Of a DNA stretch of 64,000 nt, positions 57,995 to 64,000 are shown piece by piece. The stretch covers positions 5,696,001-5,760,000 of the forward strand of contig OY970194.1 in assembly GCA_963708075.1 (NCBI GenBank), given 5' to 3'. Position 1 is the stretch's first letter, and each line of letters opens with the position of its first letter. Source of the DNA: Sedimentisphaerales bacterium. GTDB taxonomy: Bacteria > Planctomycetota > Phycisphaerae > Sedimentisphaerales > Anaerobacaceae. A program made the translations under genes and the position numbers. Below the pieces are notes generated by a model. The model searched no databases. It was not told the DNA's origin and worked only from the letters and a program-made list of their open reading frames with translations.

Positions 57995-58551
57995 AGGCGA
58001 CGTTGAGCCGAGCGGCAGAAGGATGGATGGCTGTGCCCGTGTGGTTTGGATTCCCCGGTTGGAACAAGTGGTTCGTCCTGCTGCTGCTTGGCTTGCTTCT
58101 ACCGGCAGGTTGCAGAGATCGTGGTCTGACGCAAGCCCAGGAGGAAGCCCGCGAAGCCAAGGCGGCTGCGGCCAAACTGGAAGGGAGTCTGGGCGTGGCG
58201 CGGCGGGAGGTATCAGAAACAAAGGCAGAACTCAAGGCAGTCAAGCAGGCTCGCGACGAACTGCAGGAACAGATCGACACGTTCAGACAGGAACGCGACC
58301 AGGCGCTGGCTCTTTCTCAGCAGGCGAGGGAGCTGGTCACAAATGTGACCGCGAGGGCGGATGGTCAGGCGGGCGTCACGGCCGGCCTGGAGAAGCAGAT
58401 CGCGGAGTTGAAAGGTGTCGTACAGGAGCAGCAGAAGATGATTGAGGAGCTGCAAAAGGGTGCGACGGTGCAGCCGGTCGGTGTGGAGACTCCGGCGGAG
58501 TCCGCCAAGGATAAGACGCCACCGCCCGCCGAGCCGAACGAAAAGCCGTAA
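57991..58551 (+). CDS. coiled-coil lipoprotein
   Basis: Lipobox LPAGC; heptad-rich body; ATGA overlap with the upstream gene. Confidence 0.65.
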   Translation: MKATLSRAAEGWMAVPVWFGFPGWNKWFVLLLLGLLLPAGCRDRGLTQAQEEAREAKAAAAKLEGSLGVARREVSETKAELKAVKQARDELQEQIDTFRQERDQALALSQQARELVTNVTARADGQAGVTAGLEKQIAELKGVVQEQQKMIEELQKGATVQPVGVETPAESAKDKTPPPAEPNEKP

Positions 58552-58838
58552 TGCTGTGAGGATACGCCAGGGAGGGCAATCCGGCCTCTTTGCAGGTCGT
58601 GCGTCCTCGCACGACTCCCTTCCCTTGGGTGGAACAGGCCTTGAAGGCTCAGGTTTCTCGTTCTGCCGGCAAAATCTCCCCCACGAAATGGAGTCGCACC
58701 CCGCTCCATGAATCGATCTTTTTTCCTTCGCTTTGGCGCTCCGGCCCCGGTATACTTCCCGCATTGTCCGGTCGTGGTTGGGGGAAGTGGGCAAGATAAC
58801 GCCCGTGTCTCCCTGTGCGGATGCTGAGGAATGAACGT

Positions 58839-59048
58839 ATGAAGAAAGCAAAACTGGCTACCGTTTTGATTCTCTCCATTCTGACCCTCGTTGTTGTGGT
58901 GCAGAACACAGGGATGATTCGGACACAGATCCTGTTCTGGCCCCTGGAGATGTCCCAGGCGCTGCTGTTGATCCTGACGTTTGTTCTGGGGTTCGTGATC
59001 GGCGTGCTGGTGGCCAGTGGTCTGCTGAGGAAGAAGCGCAAGGCGTAG
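58839..59048 (+). CDS. LapA/DUF1049-family small membrane protein
   Basis: VVQNT...ILFW...GFVIG, basic tail. Confidence 0.75.
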   Translation: MKKAKLATVLILSILTLVVVVQNTGMIRTQILFWPLEMSQALLLILTFVLGFVIGVLVASGLLRKKRKA

Positions 59049-59051
59049 GTA

Positions 59052-59654
59052 ATGATCGCGTTCATATTCCCTCAGTCAGAGTTCTTCGCGTGGGTCATTC
59101 TGCCCATTCTGATCTTCCTGTCGAGAATCACGGATGTTTCGCTGGGCACGGTGCGCCTGATCTTCGTTTCCCGGGGCATGAAGTACCTGGCGCCCATCAT
59201 CGGCTTCTTTGAGGTACTGATTTGGATCCTGGTCATCGGCCAGATCATGCAGAACCTGTCCAATCCCGTCTGTTATATAGCCTATGCCGGCGGATTCGCT
59301 ACGGGCAACTTCGTCGGGCTCCTGATCGCCGAGAAGCTCTCTCTCGGCATGGTGCTGATTCGGGTCATTACCCCGAAGGAAATCGGCGGTCTCGTGGAAT
59401 GCCTCAAGCAGAAGCGGTACGGGGTGACCTCTATCGACGGCCAGGGCGCCAACGGTCCGGTGGAGATCGTCTTTACGATCGTGCCACGCCGGGATGTCGG
59501 CGCCGTCGTCGAACTCGTCAAGAAGTTCAATTCCCAGGCCTTCTATACCATCGAGGAGGTAGATTTCGCGGAACGGGGCGTCTTTCCCATCCGCAAAGCC
59601 TGGCATCAGTTCTCTTTCCTGGAGTTCGTAAGGCCTTTCCGGAAGGGTTGGTAG
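59052..59654 (+). CDS. DUF2179/UPF0316-family protein
   Basis: RITDVSLGTVR, GFFEVLIW, YAGGFATGN, YGVT. Confidence 0.88.
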   Translation: MIAFIFPQSEFFAWVILPILIFLSRITDVSLGTVRLIFVSRGMKYLAPIIGFFEVLIWILVIGQIMQNLSNPVCYIAYAGGFATGNFVGLLIAEKLSLGMVLIRVITPKEIGGLVECLKQKRYGVTSIDGQGANGPVEIVFTIVPRRDVGAVVELVKKFNSQAFYTIEEVDFAERGVFPIRKAWHQFSFLEFVRPFRKGW

Positions 59655-59655
59655 C

Positions 59656-60878
59656 CAGGGCTATCGCATCTAAATGCCAAGGACCTTAAGCAGGTAGTCT
59701 CGGTCCCAGCCGGCTCGGAGGCGTTTGGCGGCGATGCCGCCCTTGGCCGTCTTCTCCTGCTTGAGCAGCATCAGGGCGATTCGACGCAATCGCGAGAAGT
59801 TCTCGGCGGCGTTGGCCACTCGGACTCGACTGGCGTCCTCATGGAAACTCACGTCCAGCGACCAGTGCAACTGGACCTCCACGGACCAGTGATGGCGAAT
59901 CAATGTCCCCAGACGCTGGGCACAGTGTCCCGGATGGGAGCTGATGAAGTAGTGTCGCTTTCGTTCGCACTGGCCGTTGACCTGACGCTCTCGCTCGATG
60001 GCCGTGAGGCTGCCCAGACCCGGCCAGTCGTGACGCCCTTGCAGCCATCCCACATCGCTGGTAGTCCACACCCGGCGGGTTTCCAGTCGTCCATGGCCTT
60101 TTTCCACGGTTTCCCAGAAGTCCTGCTCGCCGGCAAACCCGTGGGCGATGCCGTCCTCCATGTACATCCGGGCATCCTCGTACAGAGTCCCTTGGTTAGC
60201 CTTGAGGGCCAGCACATAGTCGCCGCCCTGATCGACGATCTGCTCGGCGATCTCCTTTTGACAACCCATGGCGTCAATCGTGATGGTTGCCTCCTCCACG
60301 TCGAGCAGCTTGAGCAACTCCGGGATCGCGGTGATCTCATTGCTCTTGGCATCGACCGCCCGTTGGCCGAAAGCCACGCAGTTCTCGTGGACCCAGGCAC
60401 TGACCATGTGCAACGGGCCTTTGGCACGGACCCGATCAAAGCTGTTTCGCAGGGTCTTGCCGTCGATGGCGATGTGCTTGCCCCGGCTGCTGCCGGCCAG
60501 ATCCGCCACAAACGCCTGCATGACCGCTTCAAACGCATCCGGGTCCAGGGCGGCAAAGACCCGACCAAAGGTATCATGCGATGGAATGCCATTGGGCAGG
60601 TCCAGAAACGTGCCAAACCATTCCTCGTTGACGTTGCCGAACATCTCTACGTCCGTCCAGTGCTCAGCCCCGCAGATCACGGCACAGACGCCAATGACCA
60701 GAATATCCTGTAATTCATGCCGTTTCGTCCGCTCCACGCGAGGATCAGGAACCGCGGCAAAATGATCCCAAATCGACTTGCTCATCAAGAACGTATTCCT
60801 CTCTAATCTGAGTGTCTTGCTTCTGAGAAGAATACGAAACCACACCTACAAAGGCTCAATTTAGATGCGATAGCCCTA
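59656..60878 (-). mobile_element. ISAs1-family insertion sequence, 1,223 bp
   Basis: 20-bp IRs CAGGGCTATCGCATCTAAAT / TAGGGCTATCGCATCTAAAT (19/20); 10-bp TSD GGTTGGTAGC at 59646-59655 and 60879-60888. Confidence 0.95.
59670..60785 (-). CDS. ISAs1-family transposase
   Basis: [54 protein letters not shown]. Confidence 0.96.
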   Translation of the reverse strand: MSKSIWDHFAAVPDPRVERTKRHELQDILVIGVCAVICGAEHWTDVEMFGNVNEEWFGTFLDLPNGIPSHDTFGRVFAALDPDAFEAVMQAFVADLAGSSRGKHIAIDGKTLRNSFDRVRAKGPLHMVSAWVHENCVAFGQRAVDAKSNEITAIPELLKLLDVEEATITIDAMGCQKEIAEQIVDQGGDYVLALKANQGTLYEDARMYMEDGIAHGFAGEQDFWETVEKGHGRLETRRVWTTSDVGWLQGRHDWPGLGSLTAIERERQVNGQCERKRHYFISSHPGHCAQRLGTLIRHHWSVEVQLHWSLDVSFHEDASRVRVANAAENFSRLRRIALMLLKQEKTAKGGIAAKRLRAGWDRDYLLKVLGI

Positions 60879-61003
60879 GGTTGGTAGCAGAATGCCCTGT
60901 TCGGACGTGATATCCGCGTGTACAATACCGGAATTCGTGGTGCGTACGGCTACTGTTCCGCGACGCGCGGCACGCACGGCGAAGGACGAGTAAAGGCTGT
61001 TGC

Positions 61004-62039
61004 ATGAGGGCGGCTGAAAAGACAGGCTCGAAAGTACAACGATTGACCGAGTTGTTCGCAGGCAAGGCGTACCTGCTTGTCGTGATGCAGGATAACCCTG
61101 ATCCGGACAGCCTTGCGGCGGCGATGGCGCTGCGCCGGCTGGCCAAGAGCCTGGCCAACCTCAATGTCTCCATCGCGTGCGGCGGGACGGTCGGCCGGGG
61201 CGAGAATCGGGCTCTTGTCAAATACCTGGGTATGAATCTGCGGGCCCCCGCTGAGGTGGACTATGAGAAGTTCGACCTCGTGGCCATGGTGGACACGCAG
61301 CCGGGCACGGGGAACAACTCTCTGCCCGTGTCCATCGAGCCGGACATTGTGATCGACCACCACCCGATTCGCCGTCTGACGCGGACCGTCACATTTACCG
61401 ACATCCGCAGCAGTTACGGCGCCACCTCGACAATCCTCGTGGAGTATCTGATCGAAGCAGGGATCACGCCGGACACGCCCCTGGCCACGGCGCTGCTATA
61501 TGGCATTCGATCCGATACGCAGGACCTCGGAAGGGAATCGTCGCGATTCGATATAGAAGCCATCGAATTCCTGTACCCGTACGCCAATAAGCGCATGCTC
61601 GGCGTCATCCAGCGGGGAAAGGTGCCCAGGGTGTACTATCAGATGCTGGCCGACGCCCTTCGCAATGCCCGTGTCCAGGGACCCGCGATCATCACCGACC
61701 TGGGCGAAATCGATAATCCGGACATGATAGCCGAGGTAGCCGATCTGCTGCTTCGGGAAGACGAGAACCACCTGGACGATGTGCACGGGCTTCTGGAACG
61801 ATAAGTTGCTGATTTCGCTCCGTACGTCGGAGGAGAGCAACCTGGCCGAGAAAGTCATCCGGCATATCGTGGCCCGTCGCGGCACCGGCGGCGGACACTT
61901 GACCTACGCAGGCGGGCAAATCCCCATCCTGAATGGGACCAAGGCCAAACGCGAGGAACTGGTGCGCGACGTCCAGCAGAGGTTCCTCGCCGCCATCAGT
62001 GCGCAGGACACGGAAGGCGCCAGACTCGTCAAGACATAG
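61004..62039 (+). CDS. DHH-family phosphoesterase, apparent +1 frameshift at about 61766
   Basis: NPDPDS, VDT, IDHH, GIRSDT; DHHA1-like ISLRT...GGGH...AGG in the next frame. Confidence 0.85.
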
Positions 62040-62235
62040 AACCCGCGCCGCGGATTTTGTCGGGGGAGTTGCATTTACCCATGAGCGACGTTACCATAGC
62101 ACACAAGAAGAGCGGCACCGCAGTCACAAGGCAGGGTGAACAACGACGCCGGAAGGAACGTCGGTGAGAGTCCAAAGTGAAGGTGCTCCAAATCGGATTG
62201 GAGCACGAGAATTAAAACGGAAAAGGAGAAAACAC

Positions 62236-62379
62236 ATGACAAGTCTCAGACGCAAACTGGTTGCATTGTTCTTCACCGTGCTGTTTGTGGCCGCCACCGT
62301 TGCGGTGACGGGCTGTTCGAAGGAGCCTGCCCCCACCAAGGCGCCTGCGAAGAAAGCCCCAAATACCGGCATAGAGTAG
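62236..62379 (+). CDS. small lipoprotein
   Basis: AAGGAG RBS; lipobox VTGC; 47 aa. Confidence 0.65.
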   Translation: MTSLRRKLVALFFTVLFVAATVAVTGCSKEPAPTKAPAKKAPNTGIE

Positions 62380-62588
62380 CAAGACAGCGGGTTCGGATGT
62401 CTCCGGCGTGTCAAGAGACGAGGGGGCGGAACACGATTTCGTGATCTGCGGCCAGGCCGGTCGGCCTGCCGGAGAGAGCCGGGACTGTTGTCGTTTGCCA
62501 TTTCGACACAGAGATAATCAGGGAGTCCGCTCGTCGCAGAGCCATCTGCAGCGGACTCCTTTTGTTCTGGGCACAGGAGAAAGCAAAG

Positions 62589-63728
62589 ATGGAATCGCCG
62601 GGCACATCGGCCGGCACGGCCAGGATGCCGCACACTTCTCTCAGGGGAGAAGTCGTTTATATCCGTGCGTTCGATCTGGCCTACGACATGAGACGTCAGC
62701 GGATTCCGCGCATTCTGGGCGAGCCGGTGCAGGAGTACGCGGTCGGGCCCAGCAAGCCGGCCCCGAAGCAAGGCTTCTTTTATCGGCCGCAGATGGTCAT
62801 GCTGCCATCGAAAACGTACGAGACCTCCGAGGGCCCGCTGAAGGTTTCGCTGACGGTCAAGGTGTTCAGCGTTGGTGCAGCCAGCATCCAGGTCCGTGTG
62901 CCCTTTGAGGTGTCGTCCCTGGAGGAGCTTGTCCGGTACTACGGGTTAAGTCTTGCCGGCAAGAGCATTGAGGCGGAGATCGTCTCGGTGGCGGAACAGG
63001 TGCGCCAGGAGCTTGAGCCCTATCTGGTGCGGCCGGTTCCTGCCCTCGATGCGGGTGAGGACTACACCGTCTTCTGCATCTATCAGTTGCCTCCGGCGGA
63101 AGATGCCCGCAGTCGCCGGACGGAGGACTGGCTGATGGAAAACCGCCGGGCCGTGGCGGCATTGCTGACACAGGAGCAGGATGCGACAAAGTTGTCGAAT
63201 CAAGAGGCGGCTGAATCTACCGAGCGGTACCTGACCTACTATGAAACCGATCTGGTGGTGACGGACTGGGATGCCGCGCTGGTTGTGGGGGAACAGGACG
63301 CCCTGGAGGAGATCGTCCACATCATGGAACTGGCCAATGTCCAGCTTGCCGAGCTGGCCGTATACGATCGCGTGCTGGATGGGGCGCTGGAGCGGGCCTA
63401 TCGTGACCTTGCCCGCACGCGACATATCCGCAGGGAGGTCAGCCGCAATCTGCGGGAAATCCGCGTGGACATGGCCCGCCTGAATGACGAGCTGCGCAAT
63501 ATCACGAAGTTCTTCGGCGACTGGTATCTGGCGAAGATTTATCAGAACCTCTCCGACCGCTTTCACCTCAACGACTGGCACGGCATTATGAACGTCAAGC
63601 TCAGGACCCTCGCTGACCTCTACCAGATCCTCCACCAGGATTGGACCAACTCCTGGATGATGATCCTGGAGTCCGCGATCATCTTGCTTTTCATCATCGA
63701 TGTATTATTATTACTCTTCGGATCATGA
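62589..63728 (+). CDS. RMD1/DUF155-like hypothetical protein with C-terminal TM helix
   Basis: VVTDWDAA, ELANVQL, FFGDWYLAKIY, LESAIILLFI; start uncertain. Confidence 0.65.
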   Translation: MESPGTSAGTARMPHTSLRGEVVYIRAFDLAYDMRRQRIPRILGEPVQEYAVGPSKPAPKQGFFYRPQMVMLPSKTYETSEGPLKVSLTVKVFSVGAASIQVRVPFEVSSLEELVRYYGLSLAGKSIEAEIVSVAEQVRQELEPYLVRPVPALDAGEDYTVFCIYQLPPAEDARSRRTEDWLMENRRAVAALLTQEQDATKLSNQEAAESTERYLTYYETDLVVTDWDAALVVGEQDALEEIVHIMELANVQLAELAVYDRVLDGALERAYRDLARTRHIRREVSRNLREIRVDMARLNDELRNITKFFGDWYLAKIYQNLSDRFHLNDWHGIMNVKLRTLADLYQILHQDWTNSWMMILESAIILLFIIDVLLLLFGS

Positions 63729-63829
63729 TTTGTCGTGTGTGCAGGGTCAGGCCCGCAGGGGTGCCCTGACGGGAGACCGCAGGGGTCGTCTCCGCACGTG
63801 CGACGCAGGACGAATACGCGAGGAAAGAG

Positions 63830-64000
63830 ATGACACCGGATCAGATTGCCCGACTGACGTATGAGCATGTCAACTGTGCCGTCGTGGTCGCCCATCCGGA
63901 CGACGAGACTCTCTGGGCCGGCGGGACGATGCTGATGCATCCCGACAGCCGCTGGACTGTCGTGACGCTGACCCGCAAGAGCGATCCGGATCGGGCGCCG
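63830..64000 (+). CDS. PIG-L-family deacetylase, 5' part (runs off the window)
   Basis: Own translation: MTPDQ...VVVAHPDDETLWAGG. Confidence 0.75.
   Translation, partial: MTPDQIARLTYEHVNCAVVVAHPDDETLWAGGTMLMHPDSRWTVVTLTRKSDPDRAP

Noticed and set aside
62040..62235. Riboswitch or ncRNA upstream of the small lipoprotein
   Set aside because: A hairpin is present (GTGCTCCAA/TTGGAGCAC) but no aptamer consensus was recognised; an Rfam scan would be needed.

Overview
GC-rich bacterial chromosomal window, probably from a Planctomycetota/Phycisphaerae-like anaerobe. That placement is an inference from ECF/anti-sigma pairs, dockerin-like repeats, a Tat-exported Gfo/Idh/MocA protein and hydF. Housekeeping genes are asd, truA, hydF, asnA, pncB/pncA, rpsB-tsf-pyrH-frr, rimO, pgsA and a pdaD-speB-DHS-like polyamine operon. 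The main discovery is an 8,715-bp element integrated into the host yjbQ gene at a duplicated GCAA core (26308-26311 and 35023-35026). It carries a complete, diverged replacement yjbQ and three recombinases (large serine integrase, short tyrosine recombinase, small serine resolvase). Its integrase ORF reads through the att site, so its C-terminus should differ between the integrated and excised forms. Other notable items are a lipoprotein subclass B1 metallo-beta-lactamase, a DPAPW-motif small protein beside a B12-dependent radical SAM enzyme (RiPP-like), tandem ECF sigma/anti-sigma pairs, an intact ISAs1 element with a 10-bp TSD, and five single-base frameshifts that may be sequencing errors. 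No rRNA, tRNA or CRISPR array was recognised. All protein family calls come from motif recognition; no database searches were run.
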